From a bacterium (lineage in GTDB: Bacteria > UBA10199 > JACPAL01 > GCA-016699445), in the NCBI GenBank assembly GCA_035454885.1, contig DATIGE010000038.1, positions 55,239 through 119,238 of the forward strand: a stretch of DNA of 64,000 bases, written 5' to 3'. The position numbers were made by a program, and so were the translations under genes. Below are positions 30,822 through 40,166 of this stretch, in pieces. Below the pieces are notes generated by a model. It was not told the origin of the DNA and ran no database searches. It saw nothing but the letters and a program-made list of their open reading frames with translations. Within the stretch, counting starts at the first letter, position 1, and the number at the start of each line of letters is the position of its first letter.

Positions 30822-32512
30822 TCGCGTTTCAATTTCTTGTACTTGATCCGGTGGGTCTCGAGGGCGGCCTCGCCCAGGCGACGCTTCTTGTCCTCTTCGT
30901 ACTCCGAGAAATTCCCGTCGAACCACGTCACCTGGCTGTTTCCCTCGAAGGCGAGCATGTGGGTCGCGATCCGGTCCAGGAACCAGCGGTCATGGCTGAT
31001 GATGACGGCGCAGCCAGCGAAGTTCTCCAGGGCGACCTCCAGGGCGCGGAGGGTGTTCACGTCCAGGTCGTTCGTCGGCTCGTCGAGCAAAAGGACGTTG
31101 CCGGCCTCCTTGAGGGTCATCGCCAGGTGCACGCGGTTTCTCTCGCCGCCCGAGAGGACGCTGATCGGCTTCTGCTGGTCCGTCCCGGAAAAATTGAATC
31201 GGGCCACGTAGGCTCGCGAGTTGACCTCGCGGGCTCCCAGCTTGACGACGTCGAGTCCGCCCGAGACCACGTCCCAGACCGTCCGTGTGTCTTCCGGCGA
31301 GAAACGGTTCTGATCGACGTAGCCGAGCTTGACCGTCTCACCCACCTTGAATGTGCCGCTGTCCGGCTTCTCCTGGCCCATGATCATCCGGAAGAGGGTC
31401 GTCTTGCCGGCCCCGTTGGGGCCGATGACGCCCACGATGCCGCCCTGGGGGAGCTTGAAGTTCAGGTTCTCGAAGAGGAGGCGGTCGCCGTAGGCCTTGG
31501 AGACGCCCTTGGCCTCGATGACCATCTCCCCCAAACGCGGCCCGGGGGGGATGTAGATCTCGAGCTCTTCTTCGGACTGGGCGGCGGATTGTTTGAGGAG
31601 GTTCTCGTAGTTCGAGAGCCGGGCCTTCGATTTGGCGCGGCGCGCCGAGGGCGACTGCCGCACCCATTCGAGTTCCCGTTCCAACGTCTTCAAGCGCTTT
31701 TGATCGGCCTTCTCCTCCCGGCGGAGCCGTTCGTCCTTTTGCTCCAACCAAGACGAATAATTGCCCTTCCACGGGATGCCGTGGCCGCGGTCGAGTTCCA
31801 AGATCCAGCCGGCGACGTTGTCCAAAAAATACCGGTCATGGGTGACGGCGATGACCGTGCCCTTGTACTGCTGGAGGTGGCGCTCCAGCCAGTAGACGGA
31901 TTCCGCGTCCAGGTGGTTGGTGGGTTCGTCCAGGAGGAGGATGTCCGGTTCCTTCAAGAGTAGCCGGCAGAGGGCCACGCGGCGCTTCTCGCCGCCGGAG
32001 AGGGTCGAGATGATCGCGTCCTCCGGCGGGCAGCGCAGGGCGTCCATGGCCAGCTCCAGTCGGCTGTCCAGGTTCCAGGCGTCGTGCTGCTCGAGCTTTT
32101 CTTGGACCGCGGCCTGCCTCTCGAGGAGTTTCGCCATCTCGCCGTCGGACATCGGGTTCGCGAAGCTGTTGTTGATGGTCTCGAACTCCTTCAACAGGTC
32201 GACGACCTCCTGGACACCCTCGGAGACCGATTCCTTGACCGTCTTGTCGGGATTGAGGCGGGGCTCCTGTTCCAGGAATCCGATCGAGTAGTCCTTCGAG
32301 AAATGGACTTCCCCCGTGTGATCCTGGTCCACGCCCGCGATGATCCGGAGGAGGCTGGACTTGCCGGAGCCGTTGAGCCCCAGGACGCCGATCTTCGCCC
32401 CGTAAAAGAACGAGAGGGAGATGTCCTTCAGGACCTCTTTCTTGGGCGGATGGACCCGGCCCACGCGGGTCATGGAAAAGATGATCTTGTGGGGTTCGGT
32501 GGAGATGGCCAT
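30818..32512 (-). CDS. ettA: Energy-dependent translational throttle protein EttA (ABC-F)
   Basis: 564 aa collinear with EttA/YjjK. ...VHPPKKEVLKDISLSFFYGAKIGVLGLNGSGKSSLLRIIAGVD... LSGGEKRRVALCRLLL... DRWFLDRIATH... KRIKYKK C-terminus. Confidence 0.9.
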   Translation of the reverse strand: MAISTEPHKIIFSMTRVGRVHPPKKEVLKDISLSFFYGAKIGVLGLNGSGKSSLLRIIAGVDQDHTGEVHFSKDYSIGFLEQEPRLNPDKTVKESVSEGVQEVVDLLKEFETINNSFANPMSDGEMAKLLERQAAVQEKLEQHDAWNLDSRLELAMDALRCPPEDAIISTLSGGEKRRVALCRLLLKEPDILLLDEPTNHLDAESVYWLERHLQQYKGTVIAVTHDRYFLDNVAGWILELDRGHGIPWKGNYSSWLEQKDERLRREEKADQKRLKTLERELEWVRQSPSARRAKSKARLSNYENLLKQSAAQSEEELEIYIPPGPRLGEMVIEAKGVSKAYGDRLLFENLNFKLPQGGIVGVIGPNGAGKTTLFRMIMGQEKPDSGTFKVGETVKLGYVDQNRFSPEDTRTVWDVVSGGLDVVKLGAREVNSRAYVARFNFSGTDQQKPISVLSGGERNRVHLAMTLKEAGNVLLLDEPTNDLDVNTLRALEVALENFAGCAVIISHDRWFLDRIATHMLAFEGNSQVTWFDGNFSEYEEDKKRRLGEAALETHRIKYKKLKRD

Positions 32513-32596
32513 GGCAGCAAAAAGCTACATCTGATAGATTTTTGCAACCACACTAAAGTGCGATTCAGAATTTAAATGTTTTGGAGGATCTGAAAC

Positions 32597-33631
32597 GTGT
32601 CCTATCGGGAAAGCTGGATGGAGGAAAAAAGGTCCGCCTATCTCTACCGCGTGATCGCGGAGGCGGAAAAGGAGACCCTCCGCCGGAACCTCTTCTCGGG
32701 CCTGGCCCAGGAGGCGGAGCTTCAGGCGGGGCATTGGGCCCGCAAGCTCGCCGCCGCCTCCCAAGCCGTGCCCGGGGCGTACGCGCCGGATCTCCGCTCC
32801 CGCGTCGTCGCCGCCCTCGTCCGGCGCCTGGGACCGAAGGCCCTGCGGACGCCTCTCGCCGCCCTCAAGATCCGCGGCCTCTCCGTCTACGACAAGACCC
32901 CGCCGGGCCACGAGTCGCCCGTGCGAGTGGAGGAGGTGGGGCGGAGGCATCGGGGCACGAAGACCGGAGGCAACCTCCGGGCGGCCGTCTTCGGCGTCAA
33001 CGACGGGCTGGTCTCCAATGCAGGCCTCATTTTGGGCGTGGCCGGGGCGACCAACGACCCGCACGCGATCCTCCTGTCAGGCATCGCGGGCCTGCTCGCC
33101 GGGGCCTTCTCGATGGCGGCGGGGGAGTTCGTGTCGGTTCGGTCCCAGCGCGAGATGTACGAGTACCAAATCGGTCTCGAACGGGAGGAGTTGGCCGAGT
33201 ATCCCCAACAAGAGGCCGAGGAGCTGGCGCTGATCTATCAGGCCAAGGGACTTTCCGAGACGGAGGCCCAGGAGATCGCCAAAAAACTCATTGATGATCC
33301 GGGCAAGGCCCTGGAGACGCTGGCCCGTGAGGAACTGGGCCTGGACCCGCAGGCCCTCGGTTCGCCTTGGGGGGCGGCGGTGTTTTCTTTTGTCGCGTTC
33401 GCCGTCGGGGCCTCGATCCCCCTCCTGCCCTTTCTGATCTCCGGGGGGGGCGGGGCCCTGTTCTATTGCATCGGGTTGACGGCCGCCGCCTTATTCGGTG
33501 TCGGCGCGGTCCTCACCCTGTTCACGGGCCGAAACGCCTTATGGGGTGGCCTGAGGATGCTCGCGATCGGGGCGGCCGCCGGCGGCGTCACCTACGCGAT
33601 CGGACGGCTCTTAGGGGTGAGTCTGAATTAG
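32597..33631 (+). CDS. VIT1/CCC1 family iron/manganese transporter with N-terminal ferritin-like (MbfA-type) domain
   Basis: 344 aa. VFGVNDGLVSNAGLILGVAG VIT signature. C-terminal TM helices. N-terminal ~100 aa helical, erythrin-like. Confidence 0.7.
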   Translation: MSYRESWMEEKRSAYLYRVIAEAEKETLRRNLFSGLAQEAELQAGHWARKLAAASQAVPGAYAPDLRSRVVAALVRRLGPKALRTPLAALKIRGLSVYDKTPPGHESPVRVEEVGRRHRGTKTGGNLRAAVFGVNDGLVSNAGLILGVAGATNDPHAILLSGIAGLLAGAFSMAAGEFVSVRSQREMYEYQIGLEREELAEYPQQEAEELALIYQAKGLSETEAQEIAKKLIDDPGKALETLAREELGLDPQALGSPWGAAVFSFVAFAVGASIPLLPFLISGGGGALFYCIGLTAAALFGVGAVLTLFTGRNALWGGLRMLAIGAAAGGVTYAIGRLLGVSLN

Positions 33632-33638
33632 TAGGCCG

Positions 33639-33917
33639 CTAGCCGCGGCCCGCGGAGGTCTTGAAGAGGGCGATGGCCCGTTCGAGTCGGCCGAGGCTGC
33701 TCTGTTCGCCCCATCCCGAGTATTGGCCCTTCAGACGGTCGAAGATCTCTTGGCTCGCGGCCAGAAGCTCGGGAAGGGCCTGGAATTCCTGGGCGTGCTC
33801 GGAGTGGACGGTTGCGATCACGTCTCCGGTCTCGTTTTTCAGCGCGTAGAGATGGGGGAATTCGCGAAGGGGGACCAGCTGCCAATTGGCGGGTAAGCGG
33901 TTGTTGACGGTTGCCAT
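33639..33917 (-). CDS. Small hypothetical protein (92 aa)
   Basis: MATVNNRLPANWQLVPLREFPHLYALKNETGDVIATVHSEHAQEFQALPELLAASQEIFDRLKGQY... preceded by GGAGG RBS 7 nt upstream. Track shows it fused to a spurious Arg-rich extension (33639..34517). Confidence 0.45.
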   Translation of the reverse strand: MATVNNRLPANWQLVPLREFPHLYALKNETGDVIATVHSEHAQEFQALPELLAASQEIFDRLKGQYSGWGEQSSLGRLERAIALFKTSAGRG

Positions 33918-33997
33918 CGGAGGACCTCCCGATCGAGAGAGTCTCATACCCAATCGGCGCCCTCCGTCAACCCGAAAGTCAGGTGACTTTTTGATGG

Positions 33998-34579
33998 CTA
34001 TTTCTTGGAGGGGGCGGTCACGTAGCCGAGATAGGTCTTCAACTCCGCGATGGACTCGTGGATGTCGCCGATCGCCCGGTGGGCGTTCTTCTTCTCGTGT
34101 TTGAAACCGTATTTCTGTCGAAAGACCTCCTTGAACGAGCTCACGTCGATCAACCGGTAATGGAGCCGCTCGGCGAAGGCGGGCAGATAGCGGTCGATGA
34201 ACCGCCGGTCGTTCCCGACGGAGTTGCCGCAGAGGACGATCTTGTCCTCTTTTTTCGGAAAATGCCGGTTGGCGAGAGCGATCAGGTCTTTTTCGACATC
34301 GGCGAGCGGGACGCCCGTCTTGACCTTGTCGGTGAGTCCGCTGGCCCCATGGGTCTTCTTGCACCAATCGTCCATCCGGTCGAGGGCTTCCTGGGGCTGG
34401 TGGACGACGCGTTCGTATTCCTCGAGGATCTTGAAGTCGAGGTCGGTCACGACGGCGCCGACTTCGAGGATGACGTCCTTGGCGTCGTCGAGTCCCGTCA
34501 TTTCGAGGTCGATCCATAGGAGCGGGGGGCGATACCGCTCTCCCCCCGAACCCCCCATCTGAGAATTATTTTCAGCCAT
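33998..34579 (-). CDS. orn: Oligoribonuclease
   Basis: 193 aa. LLWIDLEMTGLD (DEDDh exonuclease motif I) ... HRAIGDIHESIAELKTY motif III. Confidence 0.9.
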   Translation of the reverse strand: MAENNSQMGGSGGERYRPPLLWIDLEMTGLDDAKDVILEVGAVVTDLDFKILEEYERVVHQPQEALDRMDDWCKKTHGASGLTDKVKTGVPLADVEKDLIALANRHFPKKEDKIVLCGNSVGNDRRFIDRYLPAFAERLHYRLIDVSSFKEVFRQKYGFKHEKKNAHRAIGDIHESIAELKTYLGYVTAPSKK

Positions 34580-34625
34580 CGCTCACTCCGAAAGGGAACC
34601 TTTCTTCGCCCGCTATAGTGAATTG

Positions 34626-35984
34626 TCAGAGACTTGGGAACAGAATTTCCGCGTCGAGCCCTCCGCCCGCGCGGTTGGTGAAGGTCAGGCGAAGGCCGCA
34701 GAGACCCGCGATCTTCTGGCAGAGGTTCAGTCCGACGCCCGTCACCTCCAGAACCGGTCTGCCGGCGTTGAGCGCCTCCAACAGAGGGGAGGGGAGCCCC
34801 GGTCCGTCGTCGGAAAGGAGGAGCTTGGCGCCGGAGACCGCGAGCCGGCACGGGCTTCCGGGGGCGTGCTTGCGCACGTTCCGGACGAGGTTGTCCACGA
34901 GAGAGTCCGCCAGCCTCGGGTCGAAACGGACTTTCGCAGGGTCCGCCGCCGCGAGGTCCGCCTCGATCGGTCCACCCAGGGTCCTCTCCCAGCGGGGGAG
35001 CTTCTCTTCTATCCAGGCGGCCAGACTGGTCACCACCGGCTCCGTCGCCACGTCCGTTCGTTCCCACTCGCCGGTCTGCAAGACGGTCGCGACGATCTCC
35101 GACATCCGCTGGATCTCCTCAAGCGAACTCTTGAGGACATCGCGGTAGTCCTCCCGTCCGGCCCCTGTGTTCGCCAGGGCGGTCTCCGCCTCGCCTTGAA
35201 GGATGGTGAGCGGCGTGCGGAGTTCATGGGCCACGTAGCGCCCCATCTTCCGGATTTGCAGGACCGCCGCGCGCGTGCGCTCGCTCAGGGCGTTGATCCT
35301 TCGGACGATCGCATCGAGGTAGGGGCCTGTCTCCTCGATCGCAAGGGGTTTCCAGTCCTCCACGCGGGTGGGGTCCATGCCCTCGAGATGGAGGGCGATG
35401 GCATCGACGGGGCGCAGGAGCCTCCCGGACAACCGGCGCGAGAGGATGAGGGCCAAACCCGTCAGAGCGATGAGAAGGAGCAGGCCTTGCCACCAGAGGT
35501 TCTTGAGGATCTCCGCGTAGGACGGCAGGGGGATCAGGATCTGCAGAAAGAACGGTCGCTTCCGCCCGAACGTCGAGTAGGGGATCACGAGGGACTCGTA
35601 GTTCCTCTTCCGACCTTCCATGGCGAAGAAGGAGGGCTTCGCGAAGGATTCGGGCAGCCGGTCGGGCAGTTGGTCATAACCGCGGCGGGCGGTCGAGAAG
35701 GCCAGGAGGCCCGTATTGGTGTAGATCCGGACGACCTGGTCCACGCGCTCGAGTCCCAGGGCCCCTTCGATGAAACGGCTCAGTTCGTCGATGTTTTCCA
35801 AATCGCCAAAGTCGTCGATGCCCAGCGAGATGAGCGCGGACGCGGTGGATTCGAGCTGGCGCCGGATCGACTCGCGGTGGCTGCGGACGAGCAGGGCGCC
35901 GGTCAGGAGCATGGCGGCCAGCGTGCTGGCCGCGGTCATGACCCACATCACCCGCGCGATTCTCGAGGCGAGAGGGTTCTTCAA
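34626..35984 (-). CDS. Two-component sensor histidine kinase (two TM, HAMP, HisKA, HATPase_c)
   Basis: 452 aa. H-box VAHELRTPLTILQGEAE. N/G boxes near C-terminus. Overlaps the upstream response regulator stop by 4 nt. Confidence 0.85.
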   Translation of the reverse strand: MKNPLASRIARVMWVMTAASTLAAMLLTGALLVRSHRESIRRQLESTASALISLGIDDFGDLENIDELSRFIEGALGLERVDQVVRIYTNTGLLAFSTARRGYDQLPDRLPESFAKPSFFAMEGRKRNYESLVIPYSTFGRKRPFFLQILIPLPSYAEILKNLWWQGLLLLIALTGLALILSRRLSGRLLRPVDAIALHLEGMDPTRVEDWKPLAIEETGPYLDAIVRRINALSERTRAAVLQIRKMGRYVAHELRTPLTILQGEAETALANTGAGREDYRDVLKSSLEEIQRMSEIVATVLQTGEWERTDVATEPVVTSLAAWIEEKLPRWERTLGGPIEADLAAADPAKVRFDPRLADSLVDNLVRNVRKHAPGSPCRLAVSGAKLLLSDDGPGLPSPLLEALNAGRPVLEVTGVGLNLCQKIAGLCGLRLTFTNRAGGGLDAEILFPSL

Positions 35985-36664
35985 GCCTCACCCAGCCAGT
36001 ACCCCACCCCCCGCCGGTTGTGGATCAGCGGCCGGAACCCCTTGTCGATCTTGCCTCTGAGACCCGCGATCGTGACTTCCACGACGTTGCTTTCGGGGAA
36101 ATGATTCATGTCCCAAACCTGGTCCAGGAGCTCCATCTTGGAAAATACCTTCCCTGGGTGCCGGGCAAGCGTGCAGAGGAGGCGGAACTCCTTGGCCGAG
36201 AGGTCGACGCGCTTGTTGGCCCGGAACACCCGCTGCGTCTCCAAATCGATCTTGACGTCTTCGTACGCGAGCAGAGTGTCTTTCACCGCCCGGCCCTCCG
36301 ACTCCGTCCTGCGGGCGAGGGATCGGAGACGGGCGATGAGCTCGCCCACGTGGAACGGCTTGCCCAGGTAGTCGTCGGCCCCCTCCGTCAGACCCTTCAC
36401 CTTGTCCTCGACCTCCGAGAGGGCGCTCAAGACCAGGATTTTGACGTGGGCGTTGGAACGGCGGATGTCGGCGATCCGGTCCAGGGAATCGCGGCCCTTC
36501 AGAAGGCGATCCAAGATGAGGATGTCGTAGGCGTTCGCACGGACGGAGGCGAGAAGGTCTTCGACCGTATCGACGGCGTCGACCGTGAATCCGGCCTCTT
36601 CCGTGGCCTTTTTCACGAAACTCCGGACCTTGGGCTCATCCTCGGCGATCAGGATCTTCATCAT
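35981..36664 (-). CDS. OmpR-family response regulator
   Basis: 227 aa. MMKILIAEDEPKV...ILILDRLLKGRDSL... receiver domain. Winged-helix C-terminus ...VGYWLGEA. Confidence 0.9.
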   Translation of the reverse strand: MMKILIAEDEPKVRSFVKKATEEAGFTVDAVDTVEDLLASVRANAYDILILDRLLKGRDSLDRIADIRRSNAHVKILVLSALSEVEDKVKGLTEGADDYLGKPFHVGELIARLRSLARRTESEGRAVKDTLLAYEDVKIDLETQRVFRANKRVDLSAKEFRLLCTLARHPGKVFSKMELLDQVWDMNHFPESNVVEVTIAGLRGKIDKGFRPLIHNRRGVGYWLGEA

Positions 36665-36777
36665 CCTTATGTATAGAGGATCGGAGGGCCGCGTTCAAAT
36701 GAGGTTTTTTTAATGTGCTTTTCATCAAGGTTTTAAGGCGCGCCCCTAGAAGAGGGTCAATGGAAGGAGGTGATCGC

Positions 36778-37065
36778 ATGAAAAAGAGTCCTCTTCTGGC
36801 CGTGACGGCCGCCGCCCTGTTGGCGGTGGGAATCGCCGGAGCCGTGGAAAAAGCGAAGTCCGCAGATGCTCAGGCGAATGCGAAAACGCCGCCGAGCGCG
36901 TTCCAGATTTGCAAGGATCAAGGGAAGCAGGGCAAGGAGCTGACCGATTGCATCCGCGCCGAACACGAGAAGCAGCGCGAGGCACGCAAACAAGAACGCG
37001 AAGCCAAGACACAGCAGGCCAGCGCTTCACCCGAAGCCTCCGGCGGAACGTTGCCGCCCAAGTAA
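36778..37065 (+). CDS. Small secreted Lys/Glu-rich protein (hypothetical)
   Basis: GGAGG RBS. MKKSPLLAVTAAALLAVGIAGA signal peptide. Two Cys. 95 aa. ORF-track version has spurious N-terminal extension. Confidence 0.5.
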   Translation: MKKSPLLAVTAAALLAVGIAGAVEKAKSADAQANAKTPPSAFQICKDQGKQGKELTDCIRAEHEKQREARKQEREAKTQQASASPEASGGTLPPK

Positions 37066-37203
37066 TCGCGACTGATGGGGAAGGTCCCCGTCCGCTTGAA
37101 TCCTCTTTATGAGTCCTCCTGGTGAAAGGCAGCATGAGGGTTCAGCGGGGGAGACCGGAACCCTTGTTGGAGAAAGGAGGTGATCGTCCCGGAGTTTGGA
37201 AAA

Positions 37204-37250
37204 GGCCCCCGTCGGACCCCCCCTCAGGTTCGGTGACGGGGGCCTTTTTT
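37204..37250. terminator. Bidirectional rho-independent terminator
   Basis: ggcccccgtc ... gacgggggcc stem followed by TTTTTT. Lies between converging small secreted-protein gene and ALDH gene. Confidence 0.65.
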
Positions 37251-37261
37251 GTCTTTGTTGA

Positions 37262-38671
37262 TCAGAGGTGCTTGGTCAGAAACCGGATGATCTTTTTGAT
37301 GCGTGGCGTGTAGGGGGGGTAGAATATTTTGACCATGTCGATCGCGCCCTGGCGGAGGACGGCCCGCTCGTGCGAGAAGGTCTTGAAGCCGAAGAAGCCG
37401 TGATAGCTGCCCATCCCGCTCGTGCCCACGCCGCCGAAGGGGAGGTTGGAATTGGCCAAATGGATGGCAAGGTTGTTCACGCAGGTCCCGCCCGCCGTCG
37501 TGTTGTTGAGGATCTCTTCCACGTGGCGCCGGTCCTTGGAGAAGATGTAGAGGGCCAGCGGCTTGTCTTTTGATTGGATGAGTTCGATGGCCTGATTCAA
37601 GGTCTGAAAGGTGAGAATGGGGAGGATCGGACCGAAGATCTCCTCGCGCATGATGGGTGAATCCGGGGTGACGTTGGAGAGCAGGGTGGGCGCCAGAAAC
37701 CGTCCGTCCCCGTCGGAGCCCGACAGGCCGCCCATCTCGACCTTGGCGCCCGACTTGATCGTCGCCTCCAGTATCTTTTGCAACCCCTGGCGGTGTTGTT
37801 CGCTGATGAGACGGCAGTAGTCCGAGCTCTTGGCCTGGTCCTTCTCCGTCGATCCGTAGCGCGAGGCCACGACCCTCTTGGCCTCTTCCACGAATTCTTT
37901 CGCCCGGCCCTCATGAACGAGCAGGTAGTCCGGGGCCACGCAGGTCTGGCCCGCGTTGATGAACTTGGCCCACATGATGCGAGCGGCGGCCTTTTTGACG
38001 TCCGCGGTCTCGTCGACGATGACGGGGGATTTGCCGCCGAGCTCCAAGGTGACCGGCGCCAGGTTCTTGGCCGCCGCCGCCATGACCTTTTTCCCGATGT
38101 TCGGGCTCCCCGTGAAAAAGATGTGGTCGAAGGGCATCTCCAGCAACGCGTCGGCGACGGCGTGGTCCCCCTCGAGCACCGCGACCTCGTCCTCGGCGAA
38201 GACCTCCGCCATGAGCTTTTTCAAAAAACGGGCCGTATGGGCGGTCTTGTTGGAGGGCTTGAGGATCACGCAGTTGCCCGCGGCCACGGCGCCGATAACG
38301 GGCGAGACGGCGAGTTGGAAGGGATAATTCCACGGCGAGAGGATGAGGACGACCCCCTTGGGCTCGTAGCGGATCTCGCTCGAGGCGCCGAAGAGCGTGA
38401 TGGGCGTCCTGACCTTGTGAGGGCGCATCCAGCGCCGCAGGTGCTTGATGGCGTCGTTCAGCTCCGAAACGACCAGGTGCGTCTCGGTCAGGTCCGTCTC
38501 GGCCGGATTCTTGCGGAAATCGTCATAGACCGCCTTGTGGAGCTCCTCGCGCCGGTTGAGGATGGCTTCGCGGAGCTTCTTGAGCTTGGCGATCCGCTGG
38601 TCGGCGGAGGTTTTGGCGATGCGCCAGCGGTTCTCCCTTTGGCGCTCGAAGATTTTCGCGAGGTCGTCCAT
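37262..38671 (-). CDS. Aldehyde dehydrogenase (ALDH3-like / fatty-aldehyde dehydrogenase family)
   Basis: Start at MDDLAKIFERQRENRW. AGGA RBS. ...LELGGKSP... CVAPDY (catalytic Cys) ... EEIFGPILPI. The 94-aa N-terminal extension in the track is Arg/Gly-rich and judged spurious. Confidence 0.85.
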   Translation of the reverse strand: MDDLAKIFERQRENRWRIAKTSADQRIAKLKKLREAILNRREELHKAVYDDFRKNPAETDLTETHLVVSELNDAIKHLRRWMRPHKVRTPITLFGASSEIRYEPKGVVLILSPWNYPFQLAVSPVIGAVAAGNCVILKPSNKTAHTARFLKKLMAEVFAEDEVAVLEGDHAVADALLEMPFDHIFFTGSPNIGKKVMAAAAKNLAPVTLELGGKSPVIVDETADVKKAAARIMWAKFINAGQTCVAPDYLLVHEGRAKEFVEEAKRVVASRYGSTEKDQAKSSDYCRLISEQHRQGLQKILEATIKSGAKVEMGGLSGSDGDGRFLAPTLLSNVTPDSPIMREEIFGPILPILTFQTLNQAIELIQSKDKPLALYIFSKDRRHVEEILNNTTAGGTCVNNLAIHLANSNLPFGGVGTSGMGSYHGFFGFKTFSHERAVLRQGAIDMVKIFYPPYTPRIKKIIRFLTKHL

Positions 38672-38679
38672 GAGGATTC

Positions 38680-39003
38680 CTATCCCTTGAGGCGTTTGAC
38701 CGCGGCGACGTATTTTTTCATCGCCTCGTCCTTGGATGTTCCCTTGAGTTCGGTCCATGCCTTGTATTTGGCCCTGCCCTTGAGGTCCAAGAGCCCCGGT
38801 TTGGACCCCGAGACGTCGCCGTCCGTGGCCTGCTTGTAGAGGGCGTAGAGATTCAGGAGTTCGTCGTTCGACGGCTTCGTCTTGAGGTTCCAGACCTCCT
38901 TGGAGGCCTTTTGAAAGTCGTCCTTGAGGGGCACGAGGGATTCTATACCACAAATCTCATGTTGTGGGAGCGAGAAAGGTGAACATATACGGTGCCATTC
39001 CAT
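38680..39003 (-). CDS. Acyl-CoA-binding protein (ACBP domain); start uncertain (ATG 39003 or GTG 38934)
   Basis: C-terminal 84 aa LKDDFQKASKEVWNLKTKPSNDELLNLYALYKQATDGDVSGSKPGLLDLKGRAKYKAWTELKGTSKDEAMKKYVAAVKRL matches ACBP fold motifs (YKQAT, KGxxKxxAW). Confidence 0.75.
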   Translation of the reverse strand: MEWHRICSPFSLPQHEICGIESLVPLKDDFQKASKEVWNLKTKPSNDELLNLYALYKQATDGDVSGSKPGLLDLKGRAKYKAWTELKGTSKDEAMKKYVAAVKRLKG

Positions 39004-40165
39004 GAACCCCTTCACCACCCCGAACCGCATCGTCGTGACCTGCGGCAAGCGCTTGTCGCCCTCTCTGCAGCGGGAGTTTTTGGAACTGGGCGTCACCCCC
39101 AAGCGGACGTTCGCGACGGGCGTTGAATGGCGGGGGACCCTCAACGACTGCATCCGGCTGAACCTGAATTTGCGATGCGCGAGCCAAGTCCTGTATTCGT
39201 TGAAGGAGTTTCCGGCGGATCATCCGGGAGGCGTCTACGACGCCTTGGTCACCCTCCCATGGGAAGAGGTCGTTCCCGAGGACGGCTACCTGTCGGTCAC
39301 CAGCACCGTGAGCCACCCGACCGTCAATAACTCGTTATTCATGAACGTGAAGGTCAAGGACGCGATCATGGACCGCATCCGCGACAAGACCGGAAAGAGG
39401 CCCGATTCCGGGCCGAAGTTGGACCGCACGGTCGTGCATTTGTACTGGCAGGACGACCGGGCCGAGGTATTCCTGGATTCCACGGGCGAGACCCTGGCCA
39501 AGCACGGCTACCGCAAGATGCCCGGCAAGGCGCCCATGCTGGAGTCGTTGGCCGCGGCGACGTTGATGGCGACCAAGTGGGACCGAAGCTCCCCGTTCGT
39601 CAACCCGATGTGCGGTTCCGGGACTGTGGCGATCGAGGCGGCCTTGCTGGCGACGCATCGCAAGCCTGGCTTGCTCCGGAGCCATTATGCGTTCATGCAC
39701 GTGAGGGGTTATGATCGGGCGGTGTACGACAAAGAGCGCCGAAGGCTCGCCGACGAGGTGAAAGAGGTTCCCGGGCTCATGATCATAGCGACCGATTTGA
39801 GCGAAGAAGCCGTCCGTATCGCCAGGATCAACGCGAACGCCGCCGGCGTGGGGGATTTGATCCGGTTCGGTGTCGGCGATTTCGAAACGACGCCCCTCCC
39901 CGAGCCGCCCGGCGTTGTCTATTTCAATCCCGAGTACGGGGAACGCCTCGGCCACATGGCCGAACTGGAAGCCACGTACGCGCGCATCGGCGATTTCATG
40001 AAAAAGAAATGCAAAGGATTCATGGGTTACCTTTTTACGGGCAATTTGGACCTGGCGAAAAAGGTCGGGCTGAAGGCCAGCCGCCGGATCGAGTTTTACA
40101 CGGGCAAGATCGACTGCCGGTTGTTGGAGTACGAATTGTACGCCGGCACCAAGAGGGAATCGTAA
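39002..40165 (+). CDS. THUMP-domain class I SAM-dependent RNA methyltransferase (RlmL/COG0116 N6-adenine methylase-like)
   Basis: Start at MNPFTTPNRIVVTC. DPMCGSGTVAIEAAL SAM-binding motif. NPEYGERL (NPPY-like) catalytic motif. Confidence 0.8.
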   Translation: MNPFTTPNRIVVTCGKRLSPSLQREFLELGVTPKRTFATGVEWRGTLNDCIRLNLNLRCASQVLYSLKEFPADHPGGVYDALVTLPWEEVVPEDGYLSVTSTVSHPTVNNSLFMNVKVKDAIMDRIRDKTGKRPDSGPKLDRTVVHLYWQDDRAEVFLDSTGETLAKHGYRKMPGKAPMLESLAAATLMATKWDRSSPFVNPMCGSGTVAIEAALLATHRKPGLLRSHYAFMHVRGYDRAVYDKERRRLADEVKEVPGLMIIATDLSEEAVRIARINANAAGVGDLIRFGVGDFETTPLPEPPGVVYFNPEYGERLGHMAELEATYARIGDFMKKKCKGFMGYLFTGNLDLAKKVGLKASRRIEFYTGKIDCRLLEYELYAGTKRES

Positions 40166-40166
40166 C

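Noticed and set aside
33639-34517. 292-aa Arg-rich minus ORF
   Set aside because: The N-terminal ~200 aa are Arg/Pro/Gly-rich and antisense to orn. Only the last 92 aa (33639..33917) with its own GGAGG RBS look like a gene.
34623-36104. 493-aa plus ORF, plus 36020..36676 (+), 37778..38839 (+), 40912..42372 (+), 42335..43273 (-), 44337..45611 (-), 46720..48027 (-), 49248..50747 (-), 51060..52409 (+), 52216..53313 (+), 56460..58064 (-), 58007..59599 (-), 60364..61323 (-), 62521..63153 (+)
   Set aside because: All are antisense or frame-shifted shadows of confidently assigned genes (HK/RR, ALDH, recQ, kinases, GDH, hemN/hemE, chrA, helicase, M48, lipoprotein), typical of high-GC DNA.
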